DNA of 64,000 nt from an uncultured Chloroflexia bacterium (lineage in GTDB: Bacteria > Chloroflexota > Limnocylindria > Limnocylindrales > CSP1-4). This document shows, one piece after another, positions 57,212 through 64,000 of this stretch (positions are counted from its first letter, which is position 1; each line of letters begins with the position of its first letter). The stretch is taken from contig CAVYGH010000011.1 in NCBI GenBank assembly GCA_963767945.1, positions 23,679 to 87,678 on the forward strand. Reading direction: 5' to 3'. Under the pieces are notes generated by a model, which saw nothing but the letters and a program-made list of their open reading frames with translations, did not search any database and had not been told where the DNA came from. A program made the translations under genes and the position numbers.

Positions 57212-57240
57212 ACCCTACCCGATGCGGCGCGCGGGTGCAA
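57212..57240 (-). promoter_or_regulatory. Candidate promoter TTGCAC-N17-TAGGGT immediately after the S41 peptidase stop
   Basis: The -35 is at 57240-57235 and the -10 at 57217-57212. It sits in a locally AT-richer tract. Confidence 0.35.
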
Positions 57241-57249
57241 GCACGAACG

Positions 57250-58665
57250 CTAGGCGGCCGGCCGAGCCTCCTCGATGCCCTCCGGCGCCTCGTCCAGCGC
57301 CTTCAGGCCGGCGTCCAGGACCGGGTCGTCGCCGGGCTTCGCCGGGGGGTCGGCCACCAGGAGATCGGGGGCGATCCCGACGCCGTGGATCCAGGTCCGG
57401 TCGGGGGTCAGCCACTTGGCGATCGTCAGCCGGAAGCCGCCGCTGTCGTCCTCGAGCTGTGTCCATTGCTGGACCGTGCCCTTGCCGAACGTCTTCGCCC
57501 CGACCAGCGTCGCCCGGCCGCGATCGTGCAGCGCGCCCGCGACGATCTCGGACGCCGACGCGGAGCCGCCGTCCACGAGCACCACCAGCCGGATGCCGGG
57601 GTCGGTGGCGACCCCGCCGGGCTTGGCCGCCGTCTCGGTCAGGTTGCCGTCGGCGTCCTGCTGCCAGAAGACCGTGCCGGACCCGAGGAACTCGCTCGCG
57701 ATGTCGCGCGCCGCCGTCACGAACCCGCCGGGGTTCCCGCGCAGGTCGACGATCAGCCGCCGCTCGCCGCGCCCGATCGCGTCGACCAACGCCGCGTGGA
57801 ACTCGGTGGCCGCGCGATCCGAGAACCCGGCCAGCTTGATGTAGCCCACGGTCCCCTTCGCGAGGGTGTCGGTCTCGACCTCGGGCTGGACGATGACCGC
57901 GCGCGTGATCGCGACCTCGAACGGCACGCCGACGCCACGCCGGATGCGCAGCTTGACCGTGGTGTCCTTCGGCCCGCGGACCTTGCCTCGGGCCTGGTCG
58001 ACGGTCAGGCCGCTGAGGGTCGCCCCGTCGATGCCGTCGATCACGTCGCCGGGCAGCAGGCCGGCCCGCTCGGCGGGCGATCCCGTCAGCGGCGCGACCA
58101 CCGCGAGGAAGCAGTCCTCGCCCAGCGTCGTGCACGCCGCGGTCGCGCCCGTCCCGTTGACCGTCCCGATCGTGGCGCCGATGCCCTCGAACTGGCCGGA
58201 GATCCCCTCGAGCGAGGACTTGAACTCCTCGGACGTCAGGTACTGCGAGTAGGGGTCGTCGAGGGAGCCGATCATTCCCTTGATCGCGCCCTCGACCAGC
58301 GACTTGCGGTCGACGTCGCCGCCCGCGTACCGGTCCGAGATCGCGGAGTACGTGTCCCAGAACGGCTGGAACGCGTCGGCGTCCGCGGACGGGGTGCCCG
58401 GCGTGAGCGCGGACTGGCGGCCGAGCGAGAACCCGGCGAAGAACAGGGCGCTGCCGGCGAGGACCGTGACCAACGCGAGCGCGCCCACCAGCACGCCGGC
58501 GCGGCTCGTCGCGGCCGCGTGTCGGGGCGGATCCGCGGGCACGCCGGGAGGCGCGATCGGGGTGTCGTCAGGCGAGGTCGGGTCCCCCGTCGCGGCCGTC
58601 CCCGGGGCCGCGACAGAGACCTCCGCCGTCGGCTCCTCCGACGGCAGCGGGGGGTTGAGCTGCAT
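57250..58665 (-). CDS. S41 family C-terminal processing peptidase (CtpA/Prc-like) with PDZ domain
   Basis: It has an N-terminal TM segment and a PDZ 'GSPAERAGLLPGDVIDGIDG'. Also present are 'LRGNPGGF', the catalytic 'SASASEI' and 'TFGKGTVQ'. Confidence 0.9.
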   Translation of the reverse strand: MQLNPPLPSEEPTAEVSVAAPGTAATGDPTSPDDTPIAPPGVPADPPRHAAATSRAGVLVGALALVTVLAGSALFFAGFSLGRQSALTPGTPSADADAFQPFWDTYSAISDRYAGGDVDRKSLVEGAIKGMIGSLDDPYSQYLTSEEFKSSLEGISGQFEGIGATIGTVNGTGATAACTTLGEDCFLAVVAPLTGSPAERAGLLPGDVIDGIDGATLSGLTVDQARGKVRGPKDTTVKLRIRRGVGVPFEVAITRAVIVQPEVETDTLAKGTVGYIKLAGFSDRAATEFHAALVDAIGRGERRLIVDLRGNPGGFVTAARDIASEFLGSGTVFWQQDADGNLTETAAKPGGVATDPGIRLVVLVDGGSASASEIVAGALHDRGRATLVGAKTFGKGTVQQWTQLEDDSGGFRLTIAKWLTPDRTWIHGVGIAPDLLVADPPAKPGDDPVLDAGLKALDEAPEGIEEARPAA

Positions 58666-58773
58666 GGGTTGTCCGAGTGACGGGCGCTGGACGGGAAGCG
58701 CGTTGGCGAGAGCCTACATCGACGCGGTCAAATCGTCCCCGCCCATCGGTACGCCGGCGCACCGGTCAAATGG

Positions 58774-59658
58774 TCACCGGATGAGGTAGGTCCGGACCGA
58801 CACCCACGAGCCGAGGACGCCGAGCCCCACGCCGGTCGCCAGGACCAGCGCCGCGGTGTCCCGGCCGACCGAGCCGAGCTCGAGTGGCAGCACGTTGAAG
58901 AAGCCGACCATCGCCTGTGACAGCGGGTCGGCCGCGAACGCCAGCAGCGCCAGGGTGAGCAGCGCACCGAGCAGGCCGACGAGCGCGCCCTCGAACACGA
59001 ACGGCCAGCGGATGAAGGCGTCCGACGCGCCGACCAGGCGCATGATCTCGATCTCCTCCGCCCGTGCCACGACCGCCAGCCGGATCGTGTTGACGATGAT
59101 GAACAGCACGATCAGCCCGACGATCGCGACCATCACGACGCCGGCCGTGCGGACGAAGGTGGTGACCGTGAGCACCCGATCGACGAGGGCGTCGATGTTG
59201 AGCACGTTGCGCACCAGCGGGTCCTGGCGCAGCACGTTGGTCACGGTGTCGAGGTCGCTCGGGCTGTGGAGCTTGACGTTCACGCTCGCGTACAGCGGGT
59301 TCGACTCGAGGTACTGCGTGATGTCCTCGCGTCCCTGGGCCTGCTGGGCGGCCCGGAACCGCTCGAGGGCCTCGTCGCGCGACACGAACTCGACCGAGGC
59401 CACCTCGGGCATCGCACCCATCGTCGCCACGAGGGTGTCGACCTGGTCGGCGGTGGCGTTGTTCTCGACGTAGGCCACGACCTCGACCTTCTGCTCGACG
59501 AAGGACAGGCTCGCGAGCAGCACGTTCTGGAGCACGAAGAACCCGGCCAGCAGCAGGAGCATGAGGACCATCGTCAGCGTGGCCGCGAGGCTCATCAGCG
59601 CGTTGCGCCAGAACCCCTGCCACGCCCGCTTCAGCGAGAAGGCGACGAACGGGATCAC
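58774..59658 (-). CDS. ftsX: Cell division permease-like protein FtsX
   Basis: ORF track 294 aa with four TM segments. 'EIEIMRLVGASDAFIRWPF' is the FtsX signature. It follows ftsE. Confidence 0.9.
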   Translation of the reverse strand: MIPFVAFSLKRAWQGFWRNALMSLAATLTMVLMLLLLAGFFVLQNVLLASLSFVEQKVEVVAYVENNATADQVDTLVATMGAMPEVASVEFVSRDEALERFRAAQQAQGREDITQYLESNPLYASVNVKLHSPSDLDTVTNVLRQDPLVRNVLNIDALVDRVLTVTTFVRTAGVVMVAIVGLIVLFIIVNTIRLAVVARAEEIEIMRLVGASDAFIRWPFVFEGALVGLLGALLTLALLAFAADPLSQAMVGFFNVLPLELGSVGRDTAALVLATGVGLGVLGSWVSVRTYLIR

Positions 59659-59663
59659 GTGCC

Positions 59664-60545
59664 CTAGTCCTCGCGGTGGTAGGTGGCGCCGAGGTCGTCG
59701 CGGATGATCCGCCCGTCCTCCAGCGCGACGACCCGTCGTCGGAGCGAGGTGACGATCTCGGCGTCGTGGGTGGCCATCAGGATCGTGACGCCCATCTCGT
59801 TGATCCGCAGCAGGAGCTGGATGATCTCCCAGCTGATCACCGGGTCGAGGTTCCCGGTCGGCTCGTCGGCGAGGATGATCCGCGGGTCGTGGACGAGCGC
59901 CCGGGCGATGGCCGTCCGCTGCTGCTCGCCGCCCGACAGCTGGGTCGGCAGCTGCTGGGCCTGGGCCGTCAGGCCGACCAGCGAGAGCACCCGGTCGACG
60001 GCCGGGCGGATCTGCCGGCGGGGCGTCCCGGTGACCTCGAGCGCGAACGCCACGTTCTCCCAGACCGACTTGCGCGGCAGCAGCTTGAAGTCCTGGAACA
60101 CGATCCCGATCTTCCGGCGCACCTTCGGCACCTGCCGCCGGCTCAGCCGGGCAAGGTCGTCGCCGTCGACCACCACCATGCCCTTGGTCGCCAGCTCGTC
60201 GCGGATGAGCAGCTTCGCCAGCGTCGACTTCCCCGCCCCCGAGGGGCCCACCAGGAACACGAAGTCACCCTCGGGGACGACGAGCTCGACGTCCTTGAGG
60301 GCCTCCTTGCCGTTCGGGTAGCGCATCGTCACGTCGTGGAGGACCACGACGGGCTGGTCCGCGGCACGCGGGCGCGGTCGACCGGTCAGGCGCTCGCGCA
60401 GGCTCGGCGACGGGCTCGTGGCGACGGTCAAGGGTTCGCTCGGTGACGGAGGGGTCGTGACGGGAGCCGGCGTTCCGGTGTGGTTGCCGCTCGGGGTGCC
60501 GGGCGGAGCGACGCCTCCGCCCACGGGCACGGTCGGTGAGGCCAC
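59664..60545 (-). CDS. ftsE: Cell division ATP-binding protein FtsE (with ~65-aa Pro-rich N-terminal extension if GTG 60545 is used)
   Basis: Walker A 'GPSGAGKST', signature 'LSGGEQQR' and Walker B 'ILADEPTGNLD' are present. Confidence 0.9.
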   Translation of the reverse strand: MASPTVPVGGGVAPPGTPSGNHTGTPAPVTTPPSPSEPLTVATSPSPSLRERLTGRPRPRAADQPVVVLHDVTMRYPNGKEALKDVELVVPEGDFVFLVGPSGAGKSTLAKLLIRDELATKGMVVVDGDDLARLSRRQVPKVRRKIGIVFQDFKLLPRKSVWENVAFALEVTGTPRRQIRPAVDRVLSLVGLTAQAQQLPTQLSGGEQQRTAIARALVHDPRIILADEPTGNLDPVISWEIIQLLLRINEMGVTILMATHDAEIVTSLRRRVVALEDGRIIRDDLGATYHRED

Positions 60546-60588
60546 GTCTACCCGAGGCTAACATCCGGTGCCGGGCCCGGCAAACGCC

Positions 60589-61602
60589 TCAGACGATGGC
60601 CAGCGAGATCGGCAGGTAGCGGTCGAAGGGGTGGTCGGCGCGCGACCAGCAGATCATCCCCGGGAAGCCGTCGATGCGCAGCCCCGCGTCGAGCAGCCCG
60701 CGCAGGGCCTCGGCCGCGGTGCCCGGGACCCACAGGGCCACCGCCCCGAGCGCGGGCGCCTCGCGGATCGCCATCCCGATCAGCGCGGGCTGCAGCGATG
60801 GATCGAGCGCCGCGACCGGACCCAGGCGGCCGACACCGGATCCATACGCGTACCCGGCCACCCGGCCGTCGCGCTCGCGCGCCAGGAAGCCGACCCGACC
60901 GTCCCGGCGGAGGTATGCGTGGTCGACCTGGTGCGTCGAGGCGAGCAGGCCGTGATCGACCTCGTCGAGGATCGCGGCGAGTCGCCGCGGGCCGTCGGGT
61001 CCGTCCCGCTCGACCGCCTCGAACGGCACGGCGGTCAGCCCGCCGGGCAGCGGCGGCACCGCCGACCACCGCCGGACCTCGCCGAACAGGCGCCAGATCG
61101 GGATGCGCGGCACCATCCCCCGGCGCGCGTACAGCCCGTTCGAGATCGGCTGCACCGCGTCGGTGCACATCCCCCAGGTGTGGATGCCGGAGTCGAGCGG
61201 GTCGTCCGGCCGCGGGATCGCGGGCCCGCCGGGGTCGACGTCGCGGCCGGCCTGCGCCCGGTCCAGCAGCGCCTGGCCGATGCCGTCGCGCTGGAACGCC
61301 GGATCGACGAACAGCATGGCGAGGAACCACAGCCCGTCGCGGAGCGACGCGCTGGCGAACCCGACGACCGGCCCGGCCTCGCCGCCGTCCGCCTCCGATG
61401 GCGCGCTCGCCACCCAGAACCGGTCCGGGTCCGTGGTCAGCAGGTGGGCGAGCAGCCGTCGCAGCGGGGCGAGGTCGTCCGGCATCGCGGGCTGGTTGAG
61501 GCGGCCCTGGTAGTCCTCGATCCCGAGCCGCCAGATGCGCGTGCAGTCGTCGAGGTCGGCCTCACGCCCCGGCCGGTACCTGACTGCGACGGGCGGCGCC
61601 AC
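60589..61602 (-). CDS. Two-domain GNAT family acetyltransferase
   Basis: GTG 61602 lies 2 nt after the prfB stop. 'LFVDPAFQRDGIGQALL' is a GNAT motif A-like segment. The ORF-track extension to 62289 overlaps prfB and is rejected. Confidence 0.65.
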   Translation of the reverse strand: MAPPVAVRYRPGREADLDDCTRIWRLGIEDYQGRLNQPAMPDDLAPLRRLLAHLLTTDPDRFWVASAPSEADGGEAGPVVGFASASLRDGLWFLAMLFVDPAFQRDGIGQALLDRAQAGRDVDPGGPAIPRPDDPLDSGIHTWGMCTDAVQPISNGLYARRGMVPRIPIWRLFGEVRRWSAVPPLPGGLTAVPFEAVERDGPDGPRRLAAILDEVDHGLLASTHQVDHAYLRRDGRVGFLARERDGRVAGYAYGSGVGRLGPVAALDPSLQPALIGMAIREAPALGAVALWVPGTAAEALRGLLDAGLRIDGFPGMICWSRADHPFDRYLPISLAIV

Positions 61603-61604
61603 GG

Positions 61605-62736
61605 CTAGTCGTCCGCGTCGTCGTCGGCGTCGGCGGACGGGGGGCGGCCGGTCGCGACGCGCTCGAGCTCCGCCTGCATGAACGCGTCGAGGTCGCCGTC
61701 GAGGACCGCGCCGGTGTTGGAGGTCTCGTGGCCCGAGCGCAGGTCCTTCACCATCTGGTAGGGGTGGAGGACGTACGAGCGGATCTGGTTGCCCCAGCCC
61801 GCCGTGACGTGCTCGCCGCGCAGCTTGCGCAGCTCCTCCTCGCGCTTCTCGAGCTCCAGCTCGAGCAGGCGCGACTTGAGGACACGGATCGCGAGCTCGC
61901 GGTTCTGGGTCGCCGAGCGCTCGTTCTGGCAGGTGACGACGATCCCGGTCGGCAGGTGGGTGAGCCGGATCGCCGACTCCGTCTTCTGCACGTGCTGGCC
62001 GCCGGCCCCCGACGAGCGGAAGGTGTCCACCCGGATCTCGTCCCAGTTGAGCTCGATCTCGACGTCCTCGTCCGCCTCGGGCATCACCTCGACCAGGGCG
62101 AACGTCGTCTGGCGCCGCTTCTGGGCGTCGTAGGGGCTGATCCGGACGAGGCGGTGGACGCCGCGCTCGGCGCGCAGCCAGCCGTACGCCCAGCGCCCGT
62201 TCATGGTGACGGTCGCGCTCTTGATGCCCGCCTGCTCGCCCTCGGTGGAGTCGACGACGTCCGTCTTGAACCGGTGGCGCTCGCCCCACCGGAGGTACAT
62301 CCGCAGGAGCATGTCGGCCCAGTCGGTGGCCTCGGTGCCGCCCGCGCCGGCGCTGATCGTGAGCACCGCGTTCTTGGCGTCGTACTCGCCCGAGAACAGG
62401 AGGAGCGTGCGCTCGCGGGCGAACTCGCGGCCCAGCGCGTCGGCCTCTCGCTCGACGTCGGCCTCCGTGTCGGGGTCCGGCGTGTCCTCGAGCAGGCCGA
62501 TCAGCTCGATGAGGTCGTCGGCCCGCTTCTCGAGCCCTCGCCAGAGGGCCGTCTCGTCGCGCAGGCCCTCGGCCTCGCGGAGGGTCTTCTGGGCCTGACG
62601 CTGGTCGTCCCAGAAGCCGGGATCGCTCGCGCGCGCGTCGAGCTCGGCGAGGCGCGCTTCCTTGGTGGCGAGGTCAAAGACGCCCCGAGGTCGACCGGAT
62701 CCGCTCGGCCAGGTCGCGGGTGGACGCGGCGTCCAC
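61605..62736 (-). CDS. prfB: Peptide chain release factor 2 with programmed +1 frameshift
   Basis: Frame 0 runs from GTG 62736 through 'MDAASTRDLAERIRSTSGRL' to the in-frame TGA 62676-62674. The site is GGGG-CGT-CTT-TGA-C. The +1 frame continues 'DLATKEARL...' through GGQ ('SGAGGQHVQ') to 61605. Confidence 0.9.
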
Positions 62737-62974
62737 CTAGCCGCGCACCCTGGAGGTCCTGGAGCAGGATCGGACGGAGCTCGATCAGCCGCAGGGCGGT
62801 CTTGCTCCGGGCGACGACGGGGTTCACGCAAGGACAGTAGCTGTTGTGGGGGCACACGCCGCAGTTGCCGTCGCAGTCGAGCGCCATGGCGTAGCTGCAG
62901 TTTCGGCAATCCCGTTCGCACGCGATCAGGTCTACGAACTGGGCTTCTTCGGCCTGCTTCAATTGCTCCCTCAC
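62501..62974 (-). CDS. Cys-rich small ORF upstream of prfB (coding signal about 79 codons; formal ORF runs on into prfB)
   Basis: GTG 62974 has GAGGGA 5 nt upstream. It encodes 'MREQLKQAEEAQFVDLIACERDCRNCSYAMALDCDGNCGVCPHNSYCPCVNPVVARSK...LQGAR'. GC3 bias is strong up to about 62740 and is lost beyond that point. Confidence 0.4.
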   Translation of the reverse strand: MREQLKQAEEAQFVDLIACERDCRNCSYAMALDCDGNCGVCPHNSYCPCVNPVVARSKTALRLIELRPILLQDLQGARLGGRRVHPRPGRADPVDLGASLTSPPRKRASPSSTRARAIPASGTTSVRPRRPSARPRACATRRPSGEGSRSGPTTSSS

Positions 62975-63085
62975 TCTCGTCCCTCGCTGTCGATCGAGCG
63001 TGACGGGTCGGGATGCAGCGCCAGGAATGAACAGGGGCGTTGGGCTGGGCGGCGCCGTTCCCTGGGTGGCGAAGGACTGCGGCCG

Positions 63086-63114
63086 AGTATAGGCCCGCCC
63101 CCCTCGCACGCCAA
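63086..63114 (-). promoter_or_regulatory. Candidate promoter TTGGCG-N17-TATACT for the Cys-rich ORF/prfB unit
   Basis: The -35 is at 63114-63109 and the -10 at 63091-63086. It lies about 110 nt upstream of GTG 62974 and has an AT-richer tract upstream. Confidence 0.4.
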
Positions 63115-63182
63115 GGGGTTGGAACGGTTTTCGTGCGGGAATTTGCGTGGGATTGAACAGGGCCGCGCCGGCGGTCGCCGCG

Positions 63183-63785
63183 CTAGGTCCCGAGCTGCTC
63201 CACGGCCGGCGCGCCGCCGGTGATGAAGTAGACGCCCAGGGCGCCCAGCTCGTGGATCGTCGCGGACACCCGACGGCCGAGGTCCTGCTGGATGGGCGAG
63301 GTCGGCGTCGGCGAGCCGTAGGCCTCGATCCCGAGGTCGCGCGCGATGCGCAGCACGCGCAGCATGTGGGTCGGGTCCGAGACGAACACCGCGGACTTGA
63401 GGTCGCGACGCTTCATCTCGGCGGCGACGGCCCGTAGCGACTCGAGGGTGTTGTGGGCCTCGTTCTCGCCCCAGATCGCGCCCGCGGGCACCGCGTGGTC
63501 GAGCGCGTAGTGGCGGGCGACGGCCGCCTCGGTGGTGCGATCGCCGGGCAGCTTGCCGCCGGTCACGACGAAGTCGCGGGCGATGCCGGACTGCCACAGG
63601 CGCACGGCGTGGTCGAGCCGGGCCTCGAACACCGGCGACGGGCGCCCGTCGTACTGGGCCGCGCCGAGCACGACGATCGCGTCGGCCGGTCGCTGCTCGT
63701 CGGCCTCGCCCTGCTGCCAGATGCGGAACGAGGCGACGCCGGCGACGATCGCGACGGCGATGCCGGAAAGGATGAACAGCCGCAC
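63183..63785 (-). CDS. YdcF/DUF218 (ElyC/SanA-like) family protein
   Basis: The start is set at GTG 63785 (GGGGAG 5 nt upstream). It has a TM anchor plus 'AIVVLGAAQY' and 'FVVTGG'. The ORF-track start at 63851 would overlap secA. Confidence 0.75.
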   Translation of the reverse strand: MRLFILSGIAVAIVAGVASFRIWQQGEADEQRPADAIVVLGAAQYDGRPSPVFEARLDHAVRLWQSGIARDFVVTGGKLPGDRTTEAAVARHYALDHAVPAGAIWGENEAHNTLESLRAVAAEMKRRDLKSAVFVSDPTHMLRVLRIARDLGIEAYGSPTPTSPIQQDLGRRVSATIHELGALGVYFITGGAPAVEQLGT

Positions 63786-63808
63786 GAGGTCTCCCCGCCT
63801 GGACCCCG

Positions 63809-64000
63809 TCAGGCCCCGTGGCACTTCTTGTACTTCTGCCCCGATCCGCACCAGCAGGGTTCGTTGCGACCGATCCGCGCGCCGGACGGCGTGAACCCCT
63901 GGCGCACGCCGTCGGTCGCGGCCGCATCGCCGGGCGCCTCGCGCGCGCCGCGCATCGGATCCGCCGGCAGGCCCGTCATCGGCGCCGTCTGCGGGCTTCG
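63809..64000 (-). CDS. secA: Preprotein translocase SecA, C-terminal end only (5' part outside window)
   Basis: The frame is open from 64000 and ends '...[20 protein letters not shown]'. This is the SecA zinc-binding SEC-C motif. It is not in the ORF track because there is no start in the window. Confidence 0.85.
   Translation of the reverse strand, partial: RSPQTAPMTGLPADPMRGAREAPGDAAATDGVRQGFTPSGARIGRNEPCWCGSGQKYKKCHGA

Overview
Visibly very GC-rich (GC not computed) actinobacterium-like chromosomal window spanning the replication-origin neighbourhood. Main blocks, left to right:
- (1) 1-12.9 kb: a cell-envelope glycoconjugate locus. It has two tandem LPLAT acyltransferases, a PHP phosphoesterase, a PimA-like GT4, a 1773-aa double GT-C fusion, two further GT-C/DUF2723 membrane glycosyltransferases and a GT2 polyprenol-phosphate-sugar synthase.
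- (2) 12.9-16.5 kb: a bifunctional nuclease (BFN), a rhomboid protease and a PP2C-like membrane protein with degenerate catalytic motifs.
- (3) 16.6-24.7 kb: the origin core. On the minus strand DUF721-recF-dnaN-[putative oriC]-dnaA, then on the plus strand rpmH-rnpA-yidD-yidC-jag.
- (4) 26-38 kb: a purine catabolism supercluster. It has guanine deaminase, three-subunit xanthine dehydrogenase, uricase, HIU hydrolase and OHCU decarboxylase. It also has a cyclic amidohydrolase, DUF3830 and malate synthase.
- (5) 38-43.4 kb: small accessory genes.
- (6) about 43.4-49.5 kb: a lower-GC, decaying island abutting the 3' end of tmRNA. It contains a truncated ECF sigma, a LAL/MalT-type regulator broken by three frameshifts and an integrase-like remnant.
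- (7) 49.5-64 kb: a stretched ssrA...smpB-S41 peptidase-ftsX-ftsE-GNAT-prfB-...-ydcF-secA array, with urease (ureAB fusion plus ureC) and stress genes inserted.

Most noteworthy:
- the giant GT-C fusion with a propeller-like insert;
- an orphan promoter/SD/Cys-rich 16-codon sORF/hairpin module upstream of smpB;
- an 8-Cys small ORF with its own promoter upstream of prfB;
- several conserved genes with frame disruptions or no canonical start.

Those disruptions may be assembly indels, so reads should be checked. No CRISPR array, rRNA or tRNA gene was seen. Family assignments rest on motif recognition from memory and need HMM or BLAST confirmation.
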